Virus record (IMG/VR): IMGVR_UViG_3300047160_036266
Coordinates: 128,001 to 192,000 of that record
From: a virus
Lineage: Duplodnaviria; Caudoviricetes
Length of the DNA: 64,000 nt
Direction: 5' to 3' (one strand)
Each line of letters starts with the position of its first letter. Position 1 is the first letter of the stretch. The notes beneath the pieces were generated by a model, which was given only the letters and a program-made list of their open reading frames with translations, had not been told where the DNA came from and did no database searches. Shown here piece after piece: positions 16,553-26,197 of the stretch. Position numbers and translations under genes: made by a program.

Positions 16553-17119
16553 ATGGATTTCAAGGAATTCTTATTGCTAGAGCAGAGGGCCTATCTGGGC
16601 CAGAAGGTTGGCGACATTTTGACCGCCATCCATGACCTGCGTGACGATGCCAAGAGCATGGGCAGTCGCAATCTGATAAAATACTCAGAGAAGGTCGTCA
16701 ATCAAATTCGACGCATCCTGCATCAGCATTGGCCCAGGGAAGAGATCAAACACCTGAAAGTGTTGCAGAAGGTGGCGGTGGCCTTGATGAAGGCCATTGA
16801 TGAGAAGGATGATCTGCCGGGGGTTGTATCCAGTGTGGCGCAAGAGTTGGAGAGGCTGAGTGGAAAGCTGGGCGTACCGATTCATCAATTGGGCACTCCC
16901 GATAAGAGGTCTGAGGGACCAGACGATGACAAGCAAGGAACTGCGCCTCCTCCTGAAAAGGAAAGTCCTGAACAACCTCCTGCCCCGCCTCCAGGCGGTG
17001 AGGGCGCTCCTCAGCCGGGCGGGATGCCTCCTGGTCAACCTGCCGCCCCGCCACCAGGAAGTGGACCTCCTGGTGGAGCGAGTCCTTTGGGCGCACCGCC
17101 GACGATGCCTACTACATAA
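16553..17119 (+). CDS. Putative virion internal protein with Pro/Gly tail
   Basis: N-terminus MDFKEFLLLEQ; TATATA upstream. Confidence 0.7.
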   Translation: MDFKEFLLLEQRAYLGQKVGDILTAIHDLRDDAKSMGSRNLIKYSEKVVNQIRRILHQHWPREEIKHLKVLQKVAVALMKAIDEKDDLPGVVSSVAQELERLSGKLGVPIHQLGTPDKRSEGPDDDKQGTAPPPEKESPEQPPAPPPGGEGAPQPGGMPPGQPAAPPPGSGPPGGASPLGAPPTMPTT

Positions 17120-17143
17120 GCTCAGGCAATACGGAGTTGAATC

Positions 17144-18304
17144 GTGTGTGGAATTACAGGCTATTTGGGAGAATCCAAGAAACCCATAGCAACCTATCAA
17201 ATTATTACCAAGCTCTTTGAGAAAACCGAGAGCCGTGGCATGGATGCCGCCGGCTTTTGGGGAACCCAGGCCGGCAGGGATGGCAAGATCATATTCCATA
17301 AGGAACCGATCAAGGCCAGCCTGCTGGTCAAAAAGGAAATCTGGCGAAAGGTCGCCCGCCTCAATCCCAACCTGCTGCTTTGCCACGCTCGTGCGGCCTC
17401 CCAGGGCGTGGGCGAACCCTCGCACAACTTCAATAACCATCCCTTCGTCAGCCACAACCGCTTGATCGGCCTGGTCCACAACGGGCGCATCACCGACCAG
17501 GAATATCAGGCTCTCAAGCAGAAATACGAAGTGCTGTCGGAGTGCGACTCGGAAATCCTGCTCCGGGTGTTCGAGGGCGCAGAGAAATACAGCAGAAAGG
17601 CCAAAGAGGAGTTCCCGGATTTCAGCGCTCATATTGCTGCACGGTTCGCCGGCCTGCGGGATATTTTTTCCCTGGTGAACCAAGGACACATGGCGGTGGC
17701 CATCGGGGAGCGGCAGGATAACAGCCGCTTCCTGTGGCTGTTCCGCAATATCCATCGGTCCCTGTACCTCGTGGACATGCGCGAAACGCTGGGTCAGATT
17801 TTTTTCTGTTCCACCCCTGAAATATGGCAGGATGCAATCGGGGCCTGCGAAAGCGTTCATGCCTACATTGGCAAGAGCCACAAGATCATTGAAGTGCCGC
17901 CGGAGGAAATCTGGTTCTTCAAAATAACCAGCGATGCCCCTCAAGTCGAGAAAGTGCAGCGGTTCGACATCGCTAGGGACAACGACTATAAGCAGTGGGT
18001 TTATGACGGCGAGCGGCTGACGATTAACCGGCGCAACGCCGACGTGGAAGTTGTTTGCCGCCTGGACGAGAACGAGGACGTGATTAAGGGCGAGAAAAAC
18101 CCCAACCCACTGCCGGAGTATAATATCCATGAGTTCCAAACGTGGTGCCAGAAGATCAAGGAGAAGGTCAACGACATCGAGGCGCAAACCCTTATCATGA
18201 CCCAGGAGGGGTCACTGACCCTGAGCGACTTCAATGAGTTGATGCAGTCGTTGGAACACAACGAGCGGGACATGGAGGGAATTCTGAAACTGTTGGAGGG
18301 CTAG
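17144..18304 (+). CDS. Class II (Ntn) glutamine amidotransferase-domain protein
   Basis: MCGITG start, RGMDAAG, HARAAS, NHPF, HNG, DSE. Confidence 0.88.
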   Translation: MCGITGYLGESKKPIATYQIITKLFEKTESRGMDAAGFWGTQAGRDGKIIFHKEPIKASLLVKKEIWRKVARLNPNLLLCHARAASQGVGEPSHNFNNHPFVSHNRLIGLVHNGRITDQEYQALKQKYEVLSECDSEILLRVFEGAEKYSRKAKEEFPDFSAHIAARFAGLRDIFSLVNQGHMAVAIGERQDNSRFLWLFRNIHRSLYLVDMRETLGQIFFCSTPEIWQDAIGACESVHAYIGKSHKIIEVPPEEIWFFKITSDAPQVEKVQRFDIARDNDYKQWVYDGERLTINRRNADVEVVCRLDENEDVIKGEKNPNPLPEYNIHEFQTWCQKIKEKVNDIEAQTLIMTQEGSLTLSDFNELMQSLEHNERDMEGILKLLEG

Positions 18305-18853
18305 ATGAATGATGCTTATGACGATTATGACGTTGACGATATTCTTGTGACCAGGAGGAAGAAGGTGGATGGAGGCAAAAAGGGCAAGAGGACGGAACGC
18401 AATCTGGTGGGGGTGCTGACCAAGCGCTTTGGGGAGGGTTTTAGCCGCTCGCTGGGGTCCGGCAACCGCTGGGGCCAGGTGGCCCACCTGCCGAAGCACG
18501 CCAAGGACACGTTGACCGGCGACCTGTGCTGTCCCAAGGGCTTCAAATTCGTTATCGAGAGCAAGGGCGGCTACAGCGGCATCGACATTGATTCAATATT
18601 TGTGCGGGGCAATAGCGAACTGGACAAGTTTCTCAATCAAGTGAGCAAGGACGGCAAGCGCTGCAACCGCAAACCCATGCTCATGTGGAAGCGCGACCGC
18701 AAACCGTGGCTGGCGTTTGTCCATTCAGCGGAGATAAAGGGTCGGAGGTTCAAGTACAAGCTTAATTATGGCCGGTGGACCTGTGTGGCCCTGGAACACC
18801 TTCTCAAGCTCGAAGACTCGTTCTTTTTCGATCAGGATTCCGTGGGATCGTAG
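18305..18853 (+). CDS. PD-(D/E)XK nuclease, Holliday-junction-resolvase-like
   Basis: KGKRTER, GDL, IESK pattern. Confidence 0.7.
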   Translation: MNDAYDDYDVDDILVTRRKKVDGGKKGKRTERNLVGVLTKRFGEGFSRSLGSGNRWGQVAHLPKHAKDTLTGDLCCPKGFKFVIESKGGYSGIDIDSIFVRGNSELDKFLNQVSKDGKRCNRKPMLMWKRDRKPWLAFVHSAEIKGRRFKYKLNYGRWTCVALEHLLKLEDSFFFDQDSVGS

Positions 18854-20322
18854 CCCCAGACCTTTTTGAACCAGGCGGCTTCTGCGGCGTCCTTGGCTGC
18901 CTTCCGGGACTTCTTGCCGCCCAGGGCCATGCGCTGGGCGATAATCCGGCGGACGTGTTCGGGGTCCACTTCGAGGTCGCTGCCCGTGACGGCAGGGCCA
19001 AAATACTTGAGGGCGGATGGCTCCACACCCATCGTCTGGTCAAGGGGTCCGCCCTTCGGCCCCTTGTGGAAAGCGACGGCCCGTGCCGCAGGACTTCCGG
19101 CCTGACCCAGCCGGTACATTTTGTAGAACTGCTTCAGTGCTTCGTCGGGTTCCATTGGCAAGTGGGTGGCGCTGGCTCCCATGCCGACCCGGCCCTTAGC
19201 GAGTGGCACCATAACGCCGCCTGCATCCTTGCCGATTCCACGCTTCGGGATGGTGACGCCCTTCATCGAGGCATATTCGGGCGAGGACGGGTCGAGGGCA
19301 CCGCCCTGGTAATCGTAGTAACCCATGCCGTGCTTGGTAATCATGATGTACATGGATTCCACGAAGTCCACCCACACGTCCCATAACTGCTTCGTGCCAA
19401 TGCCCCGGCTTTGCAGCTTGTCCAGCAAGCCTGTATATTTCTTGACCTTGGCGGTGCGGCTCTTATCGCTGGCGGACTTGCCGATCTGCCAGGGGTCTTT
19501 TACGCCCCGCTTGGTGGGATCGCCAAACTCGCCGGCCAATTCCAGGTCCGGGAAGACCTTGGAGTAAATGTCGATGTTGTGCGTGTCGATGCAACCCGAC
19601 CGGCCCCAGAGTAACTGGACGATGAACCCGGCCTTGACGGGCTGGACGCCTGGGAGCTTGGTGAGCCGCTTTATCAGGGACACGTCATCCCCAGCGGCGG
19701 CGAGGCCGTTCAGTTCTTTGTAGAGGGCCTTGCGATTGGTCCAAATCTCAGATATTGTTTGGAACTTCCAGCCGCTTATGGTATGGGCCATCGCGTGGCG
19801 CTTTTCACCGAAGGAGTCCACGGCATGGGAAAGGTTTTGGGGCGTCCAGCCCTCCTTTTCTCTACCCGGAGGCCCATTGGGGAATCGCGTCAATATCATC
19901 ATCAGAACTTGGTAGTTGTCCCAATGCTTGGCGAAGGGGGTGTTGGCAGACAGGGGGGAAAACATCAAGACCTGGGCGAAGTTTTCGGGGCTGGCTTTCG
20001 CGTAATTTTTGATGGTTTCAATATGGCGGGCGTAGCCGCTCAGGGGCGTCACCGGACAGCTTTGGCCGATGGTTCTGCCCTGTTGTTCCGGCGCTTCGAC
20101 GGGACTGGCTTTTTGGATGCGCTGGCCGATCTTCTCTTCGGGGTCATCCGGGGCACCAAATAGGTCCGCCACACGGGTGAAGTCCTGGGAAGCCAGCTTC
20201 TTGCGGTCCTTGCGGCCTTCGAGGGCCAGTTCCTCAGCAATCACGGTCATTAAGGAGGAGAGGACGTACCCGCCAAAACCCTCGTCCAATGTCATGAACT
20301 CTTTGAAATCCCCACTTTGCAT
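18832..20322 (-). CDS. HhH-GPD/Ogg-like glycosylase-domain protein with capsid-targeting-like N-terminus
   Basis: LPGVQPVKAGF...GCIDTH (HhH Lys and downstream Asp); N-terminus MQSGDFKEFMTLDE; TAAATA 4 nt upstream. Confidence 0.55.
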   Translation of the reverse strand: MQSGDFKEFMTLDEGFGGYVLSSLMTVIAEELALEGRKDRKKLASQDFTRVADLFGAPDDPEEKIGQRIQKASPVEAPEQQGRTIGQSCPVTPLSGYARHIETIKNYAKASPENFAQVLMFSPLSANTPFAKHWDNYQVLMMILTRFPNGPPGREKEGWTPQNLSHAVDSFGEKRHAMAHTISGWKFQTISEIWTNRKALYKELNGLAAAGDDVSLIKRLTKLPGVQPVKAGFIVQLLWGRSGCIDTHNIDIYSKVFPDLELAGEFGDPTKRGVKDPWQIGKSASDKSRTAKVKKYTGLLDKLQSRGIGTKQLWDVWVDFVESMYIMITKHGMGYYDYQGGALDPSSPEYASMKGVTIPKRGIGKDAGGVMVPLAKGRVGMGASATHLPMEPDEALKQFYKMYRLGQAGSPAARAVAFHKGPKGGPLDQTMGVEPSALKYFGPAVTGSDLEVDPEHVRRIIAQRMALGGKKSRKAAKDAAEAAWFKKVWGYDPTES

Positions 20323-20350
20323 GAATTATTTAGGCGCATATTCGCAAAAT

Positions 20351-20382
20351 AAAACCGCCGGGCTGGTTGCCCGGCGGTTTTT
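20351..20382. terminator. Bidirectional intrinsic terminator
   Basis: AAAACCGCCGGG...CCCGGCGGTTTTT. Confidence 0.6.
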
Positions 20383-20400
20383 TATTTCTCAGGGGGTTTC

Positions 20401-21021
20401 TCAGGTGGCAGGTAGAAGTAACCCCCGTTCTTCACGGGGGCTGTCTCTGATGGCTTCCTCGACCTCCTGCTTGATGCGTTCGAGTTCTCGGTTGTGTTCC
20501 ACGGCCTGGCGTTTTTCAATAACCCGCTGTTCGAGAATCTTCAGGTCCACTTCGTCGTTGTTGTTGAGCAGGTCGTCCGGGAGCGTGTAGTCTTCGTCCC
20601 ACTCGAAGATGTCGGTCTTGATGGGGCTGATCCGGTCGATTTTGCGGCCTTCCATGTAGGCCCGGACGGCGCAAATGGTCTTGCGGTAGACCTCGACGGT
20701 CTTTTCGTCACGGGCGCTGTTCTTGAGCAGGTAGAGCCAGAGGAGATGGGCTGGGTCGTCGGGGCCTTGAAACTTCAGCTTGGTGAGGGCGGCACATAGA
20801 GCTTCCGTCTTCTCGACGCCGTAGACGATCAGGGCTTTGCAGATCACCGCCGGGACAGCGGCGCTGGCCCGTTTGTGGGTAGGGAGCTTGTCAAGCACCC
20901 AGCGGATTTTGTCCTCGTGACGGCGCAGGAAGGCAGCTTGCTGCTTCTTGTTCGCCGGAAGTCGCCCATAGTTCGGTCCCTTCATCATCTGGTTGGCGAC
21001 CATCTGCGTCAGGTCATTCAT
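20401..21021 (-). CDS. Paralog of the C-terminal domain of the 28050-29291 protein
   Basis: AVICKALIVYGVEK...FQGPDDPAHLLWLYL vs AAVAKAVIWYGEDK...FSGDGDPAKALYIFL; promoter TTGACG-N17-TACAAT upstream. Confidence 0.7.
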   Translation of the reverse strand: MNDLTQMVANQMMKGPNYGRLPANKKQQAAFLRRHEDKIRWVLDKLPTHKRASAAVPAVICKALIVYGVEKTEALCAALTKLKFQGPDDPAHLLWLYLLKNSARDEKTVEVYRKTICAVRAYMEGRKIDRISPIKTDIFEWDEDYTLPDDLLNNNDEVDLKILEQRVIEKRQAVEHNRELERIKQEVEEAIRDSPREERGLLLPAT

Positions 21022-21080
21022 TTGAGCGCAGTCCTCCTTTCGTTCCTTGATTGTACCGTGGGCAACATCACCCGTCAAAG

Positions 21081-21716
21081 TTAGCGCAAAGGCGGCGGGT
21101 CGAGCAGCTTGCAGGGCCACTCCTCGCCGCAGTACATGCAGTTGACCTTGCCGGGGATGAGGCACATGCGGTCGATGGCGGTGATGGTGTCTTCCGACAC
21201 GACGATGCGAAGGGAGGCGATGGTGAGTAGTGGTACGGGCTGGCCCCAGCCCTGCTTGACGATCTCGATGAAGTTGCGGAGGGTCTGTTCGGGGAAGTCG
21301 GTGATCTTCTCGTCCTCCAGCACTTCCAGGGGCGTGAAGCCTTCCACGCCGCATTTGGCGCAGTTGAAGGCACCGGCGTCCTCCAGCCTCCTGCCCTTGA
21401 GCAGTGGGGCCAGGTGGTACTCCTGGCGGCAGTGATCGCAGTTGACGCGATCCGGGACCACCTGGAGGTTGAGGCCGGGCGGTGTCGCGTTGACGCCCTC
21501 AGAGCGAAGCTGGGCCACGTTCAGGTCCAGTTCGTAGATTTTCTGCATCGCCTCCTCGCCGTAGCGCTCCAGGGCGACGGCAAAGCCGGTGCGGTCGCCC
21601 CCGAACTGCACCGTGGTCGCGTTTATCCACACGCTCTGTCGGCAGCGCTTGCACTGGATGAAATACGCCGGGTACAGGTCCACGGTCGTCACGGTGTCTC
21701 TCCTGGTGGCGATCAT
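21081..21716 (-). CDS. Multi-CxxC zinc-binding hypothetical protein
   Basis: CKRC, CDHC, CAKC, CMYC. Confidence 0.7.
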   Translation of the reverse strand: MIATRRDTVTTVDLYPAYFIQCKRCRQSVWINATTVQFGGDRTGFAVALERYGEEAMQKIYELDLNVAQLRSEGVNATPPGLNLQVVPDRVNCDHCRQEYHLAPLLKGRRLEDAGAFNCAKCGVEGFTPLEVLEDEKITDFPEQTLRNFIEIVKQGWGQPVPLLTIASLRIVVSEDTITAIDRMCLIPGKVNCMYCGEEWPCKLLDPPPLR

Positions 21717-21719
21717 ACG

Positions 21720-22124
21720 TTAGCTCCCCCTGTTGGCACCACACTTGAACAAAACGGCACGAACGTGGCGCAGCATCTCATAACGGTCCCGGTCCTTCAG
21801 CCCGTCAAAGTCGATGCCCGCCGTCAACAGCATGTGGGCAATATCGAGGCCGTCAATGACCGTCAAAACCTCGACGGCTTCCAGGGTCACGAAGCTGACG
21901 TGGCGGGGGTGCCGACACCGGCTGCCGTTGCGGCAGGACCGATTGTGGACCTTCATGCCGGCGTTCAGCTTGCCGACCAGGGCTTCGACCTCCCCGGCCC
22001 GGTGGGCACGCTCGCCGGGGAACCAGGGGCGACTCAGGGGTTGCGGCCCGCCGTTGTCCAGCAGCGAACGCAGGACCAACGTGGCGCTGGTCGTGGCCTT
22101 TAACTCCGGGATGGTGAATTTCAT
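21720..22124 (-). CDS. Hypothetical protein
   Basis: GGAGG RBS, coupled to neighbouring genes. Confidence 0.6.
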   Translation of the reverse strand: MKFTIPELKATTSATLVLRSLLDNGGPQPLSRPWFPGERAHRAGEVEALVGKLNAGMKVHNRSCRNGSRCRHPRHVSFVTLEAVEVLTVIDGLDIAHMLLTAGIDFDGLKDRDRYEMLRHVRAVLFKCGANRGS

Positions 22125-22576
22125 CGACCCTCCTCCTCCTCCCACGGTGCGTCAATCGAGCGGTACTCGGTTTTCTTCTTGGGCGGGATGATCGGCTGGC
22201 CAGTCATCGGGTCGGCCTGGGCGTTGAAGAGCATCGTCACCGGAACCTCCTTGCCGGCGGCACGGAGGCCGTGCAAACGCATCAGCCCGTCTGCCAGACC
22301 GCCCTGGGGGTCGGTGGCGATAACGCTGGGAAGGAAGCGGCCTTCGAGGATGTCCTGGGCGTAGGCGTCCACCATCTTCTGGTTGGGCAGGCGGCACCCT
22401 GCCCCGGCACAGTCCAGAAGCTCCTGGGCCATTTCCGGCGTCACGGTGACGATCTCCTGGTAGCAATGGGGTGCGCGCGTGTAATGGTGCCACGGTCGCT
22501 TGCCCTTCTTGATTTCTTCGCGCTGCCGGCGCAGATAATACGCCTGGTTCTCCTTGCCTTTTTCTTCTGGCGTCAT
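22121..22576 (-). CDS. Degenerate ParB-like (DGQHR-type) N-domain paralog
   Basis: VTVTPEMAQELL...VDAYAQDI...LADGLMRL aligns with VTPDMAEELL...VAAYKRDV...FDGQHR of 28050-29291. Confidence 0.7.
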   Translation of the reverse strand: MTPEEKGKENQAYYLRRQREEIKKGKRPWHHYTRAPHCYQEIVTVTPEMAQELLDCAGAGCRLPNQKMVDAYAQDILEGRFLPSVIATDPQGGLADGLMRLHGLRAAGKEVPVTMLFNAQADPMTGQPIIPPKKKTEYRSIDAPWEEEEGR

Positions 22577-23058
22577 AGTTGTTTCCACTCCTCGTTGCGG
22601 CGTTCATATTCCTCTTGGGAGAACGCCGAGTGTTGTTGAAACTCCTCCAGGGAAGGAACGGCCAATGAAGGTGTGCTGTCCGGCAAGGGGCGGTCTTTGT
22701 TGGCTTCGTACCAGCGGAATACCCGGCGCTTGTCGCCCTCGCTCATTACCCCGACCTTGCCGGAGTCAAGCAGGGACGCGAAGAAGAAGTCCCCCACCAG
22801 GCCGCACGAGTTGTACGGCAGGTGACGCACCAGGCCGTTGCCGTTGACGCACACATGAACCTTACCGCCCAGGTGGACCCATTCGGGATTGCCGCCGACA
22901 AGGTAGCTGGCAGCTTCTTTGTCCGTCTCCCAGCGCAGAATGCCCGATGCAGGCGTGATGCCGGCGCAGAAGAGTTGGGTGACGTAGGGTTCGTCACCGA
23001 CCTTCTTCACTACCACTTCCACCTTCGGCGGTGGCTTCTCCTTTGCCTTCTTCCCCAT
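22573..23058 (-). CDS. DUF3846-like protein
   Basis: LVGGNPE...CVNGNG...LPYN...LVGDFF pattern. Confidence 0.55.
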   Translation of the reverse strand: MGKKAKEKPPPKVEVVVKKVGDEPYVTQLFCAGITPASGILRWETDKEAASYLVGGNPEWVHLGGKVHVCVNGNGLVRHLPYNSCGLVGDFFFASLLDSGKVGVMSEGDKRRVFRWYEANKDRPLPDSTPSLAVPSLEEFQQHSAFSQEEYERRNEEWKQL

Positions 23059-24067
23059 CCTTCTTGTCCTCGACAACATAATCCAGCAACGCTTGCGCGA
23101 TCCGGCAGTAGTTCCCGTCGTCGTTGAAGACGACGTGAATCTTGTCATTGCGGGCACGCATGGGCTTGACCTGCGTACCCCGAAGAAAGACCCCAGCTTC
23201 CACGCGCACGGCCTTCTTCGGCACCTTGCGCTTTGCGCCCATCGGCAGGCCGATAAAGCCGCCCTCCGGCACCCGCCACACCTGCACGTCCTCGATAAAG
23301 CGCAGGGCCGGGTGGCGGGCCTTTTCCTTCGCCAGCACAATGTTCAATTCGCGTGCCCGCCGCTGGGCAAAAGCTTCCTCCTCAGCGATCCCCAGCTTCA
23401 TCTGTTTGAGCCGGACGCTGGTAATGGTCTGGCCCAGCTTGATGTTCTCCCGGTAGACCTGGCGCATCTTGCGCAGGCCGTCCATCGTCAACTCCTTGGC
23501 TGAGCCTTTGAGGATGTTGCAGATGGTACACATGGTCTGGAGGTTGTCCAGGTGTTCGGGGCCGTCGTGGGCCACGGGGATGATGTGGTCCTTGGTGAAC
23601 AGCACGTCCCGCCCGTCCTCGACGCCGTAGAGGTTGAAGTGGGGCCGGGGCGTGTGCCTGGCCTTCTCCAGTACCATCTTCGTGCCGACCAGGCCACAGC
23701 AGACGCAGGTGCAGGCATCGCGTCGGAAGCACTGGTAACGCAGGCTGCTCATCTTGACCATGAAGGCTTCGCCCGCCGCCGTGGTGTACTGGCGCTGGCC
23801 CTTGTCGTCTTCGGGCGTCAGGAAGCTCAGGACTTCCTCCACCGGCCACTCGCCCAGGATGATCTTCTTGGGCTGTTTCTCGACCACCGGCTGGACGCGC
23901 ACTTTCAATTTCCAGCCCTGGAGAATATCGGCTGGAATATATTGGCTCAGGACGTTTTCAAAATAATGGATGGCCTGGGCGTTGGCCTGGTGAATATCAC
24001 CATCGGCCTCCATGTCCCAGATGACGGTGGCGAGGCCCTTGAACTTTTTACTGGTTGGGGTGGTCAT
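22994..24067 (-). CDS. HNH endonuclease-domain protein
   Basis: CVCCG, TKDHIIP...NLQTMCTICNILKG. Confidence 0.8.
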   Translation of the reverse strand: MTTPTSKKFKGLATVIWDMEADGDIHQANAQAIHYFENVLSQYIPADILQGWKLKVRVQPVVEKQPKKIILGEWPVEEVLSFLTPEDDKGQRQYTTAAGEAFMVKMSSLRYQCFRRDACTCVCCGLVGTKMVLEKARHTPRPHFNLYGVEDGRDVLFTKDHIIPVAHDGPEHLDNLQTMCTICNILKGSAKELTMDGLRKMRQVYRENIKLGQTITSVRLKQMKLGIAEEEAFAQRRARELNIVLAKEKARHPALRFIEDVQVWRVPEGGFIGLPMGAKRKVPKKAVRVEAGVFLRGTQVKPMRARNDKIHVVFNDDGNYCRIAQALLDYVVEDKKDGEEGKGEATAEGGSGSEEGR

Positions 24068-24629
24068 GGTCGTCTCCGGTCCAGGGGTTCTTCCAGCACT
24101 CCCGGAGCCGCTGCTCTACCAGGGGTGGAACCCCTAGCTGGTCGCCGCCCGTCGAAATGCCGATCAGGGCTTGCACAAGGCGCTGCTCGTAGCGATAGTT
24201 GCGAACCTCGTCGTTGAGAAATAAAACGTGGTACTGCTTCCAGGCGCAGAATATGCGGCTCCACACGCCGATCTCGCGTTCGGGGTGGGCGTCGCGCATG
24301 AAGCCCACTTCCCACTGCTCCAGGGTGTACTTCTCGTCGTAGACGTAGCGGCCCACTGTCTGGAACAACATCCTGATCTTGGGCAGTAGGTCCGCCGGCA
24401 AGCTGCTGTGGCGGATCGGGGCATCCTTCAGGTCGCCCACGTTGACGCGAATCAACTCGCCCGTCTCCACGTCTCGCGCCTGGATGGTCGGCCCGATGTT
24501 TTCACCGTAGTGCCGCTCGTGGATCACCAGGCCCTTGGCGTGCCGGCGCTTCTTGTCGATCTCGCGCTGCTTGGCCCGTTCGCGTTTGGCCCGCCGTTTG
24601 CGCTTCTTGCGGTCATCTTCTCGACTCAT
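24048..24629 (-). CDS. Hypothetical protein
   Basis: 193-aa ORF in the minus-strand operon, basic N-terminus. Confidence 0.6.
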   Translation of the reverse strand: MSREDDRKKRKRRAKRERAKQREIDKKRRHAKGLVIHERHYGENIGPTIQARDVETGELIRVNVGDLKDAPIRHSSLPADLLPKIRMLFQTVGRYVYDEKYTLEQWEVGFMRDAHPEREIGVWSRIFCAWKQYHVLFLNDEVRNYRYEQRLVQALIGISTGGDQLGVPPLVEQRLRECWKNPWTGDDHDHPNQ

Positions 24630-24703
24630 GTTGCCCTCGCCGGAAACGCACCACAGGCAGGGAGATTATCCCTGCCTATGGTACTGCGGAATGTCCAGGT
24701 TGT

Positions 24704-26104
24704 TTACTCGAAGTCCGCCAAGTTGTAGACGTTGCACTCCTTGGGGACGTAGGTGCCGACGATGTTCTTCATGTTGTAGCTGGTCCCGCCGCTGATGAAC
24801 CAGTACCACTGCTCCGGCGTTTTCGGCTCCACCTTGTTGCCCCAGCCGTCCGTGATGACGAAGACCGCCTCCGGGTAGCGCCCGGCGTTCTCGCCCTCCT
24901 TCATTTCCTTCTGGATGAATTTCTCCAGAATGTCGAAGGCCGTGCCGCCGCCTCCGTAGACCTTCTTGGACGCGAGGGTGGTTTCCTTGACCACGGTATC
25001 GAAGCAGAACAGGCGAATGTCGAAGCGCTCTTCGGGCAGGCTCTCGGCAGCCTGGAAGAAGCGGTCCTTGAGGCCCCAGCACGAGCCGGACGTGTCGAGG
25101 AAGAAGTAGACCTTGATGCGGTGCTTCTCCTCGTTGACTTCCTCAATCTCCATGTCCGAGGGCAGGAACATATCCTTGGGCAGCATCGAGAAGCGGCGGT
25201 TGAGTCGCGCCCACTGCTCCCGGTCCTTGCTGTCCGCAATCATGTACTTCCGTGCCCACTTCTTGATGACGGACTCCCACTTCTTTTTCTTTTTCACCTT
25301 CTCCGTGGTGACGAAGTGCCACTGCCCGCCGGTGCCGGTGCCGGCCTTCTGTTCCTCCTGCTCAAAGTGCTTGTCGATGATGGCCTTGAGGGATTCCTTT
25401 TCCTCTTTGCTCAGGCCCTCGTCCAGCCGGTCGATGACTTCCGAGAAGTCGCTGTCGTTCATCAGGCTGTGATCGTCCACCGTACCCAGGCCGTCGCCGG
25501 GCTTGCCGTCGCCCTTCTTGCCGGTGCCGACGCGAATGCGGGGCAGCGTGATCTTTTCAAACTGGTTGATGTAGTATTCAAAGCAGTCGTCGTCCGGGAT
25601 CGGACGGCCCTTGTCCGTCTTGATCGAGCCGTCCGGCTGCTTGAACACGGTGTCCACCCAGCACAGCTTGTCCCAATTGGCAATATGATGCCGGTCGAAG
25701 CCGAAGCTGCGCAAGAGCATGTGGTTGACCACAACATCCAGCGCGACGTTGCAGGCGCGAGGGTCGTCGGTGTCCTTGATGCGGACGCCGTGGTTGAGGA
25801 TGACGTGCAGCGCCTCGTGGCAGATCGTGAAAAGCCGCTCGTAGGGCGTGCAGGACGCCCAGAATTCCGGGTTGAAGTGGAAATATACGAAGTCCCCGCC
25901 CCGGTCGAACTGGATGGCGGCGGTTTCCACGGCGTCGGAGAAGATCGGCTTGCCCATCTCCCACAGCTTGTAGAAGACGGCGTGGTGCTGCTCAAGCTGA
26001 GCGCAAATATCGAACCACTCCTCCTTCTTCATCGGCTTGAAGTTGATCGGCTTCTTGTCCCGGCCCTGCGGCGGGGCGTCTGGCGTTGCGGTCGGATTCG
26101 ACAT
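24704..26104 (-). CDS. Metallopeptidase (HExxH)-vWA protein, MoxR partner
   Basis: HEALH, FLDTSGS MIDAS, GGGGT, VITDG. Confidence 0.88.
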   Translation of the reverse strand: MSNPTATPDAPPQGRDKKPINFKPMKKEEWFDICAQLEQHHAVFYKLWEMGKPIFSDAVETAAIQFDRGGDFVYFHFNPEFWASCTPYERLFTICHEALHVILNHGVRIKDTDDPRACNVALDVVVNHMLLRSFGFDRHHIANWDKLCWVDTVFKQPDGSIKTDKGRPIPDDDCFEYYINQFEKITLPRIRVGTGKKGDGKPGDGLGTVDDHSLMNDSDFSEVIDRLDEGLSKEEKESLKAIIDKHFEQEEQKAGTGTGGQWHFVTTEKVKKKKKWESVIKKWARKYMIADSKDREQWARLNRRFSMLPKDMFLPSDMEIEEVNEEKHRIKVYFFLDTSGSCWGLKDRFFQAAESLPEERFDIRLFCFDTVVKETTLASKKVYGGGGTAFDILEKFIQKEMKEGENAGRYPEAVFVITDGWGNKVEPKTPEQWYWFISGGTSYNMKNIVGTYVPKECNVYNLADFE

Positions 26105-26197
26105 GGGGGTTCCTCCGGTTAGGTGATCTGGAGAGCCAGGTACACGAACCCGCCGGGTGGTCAGAATTTCCCGGCGGATTCGTGGCGCGTTTTATTT

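Noticed and set aside
15224-18187. Long antisense ORFs (15224-16375, 16685-18187; similarly 25121-26122, 62540-63550)
   Set aside because: Shadows of well-supported genes caused by GC-rich codon bias
17144-18304. Calling the amidotransferase GlmS
   Set aside because: No SIS isomerase domains; only the Ntn glutaminase domain is recognisable
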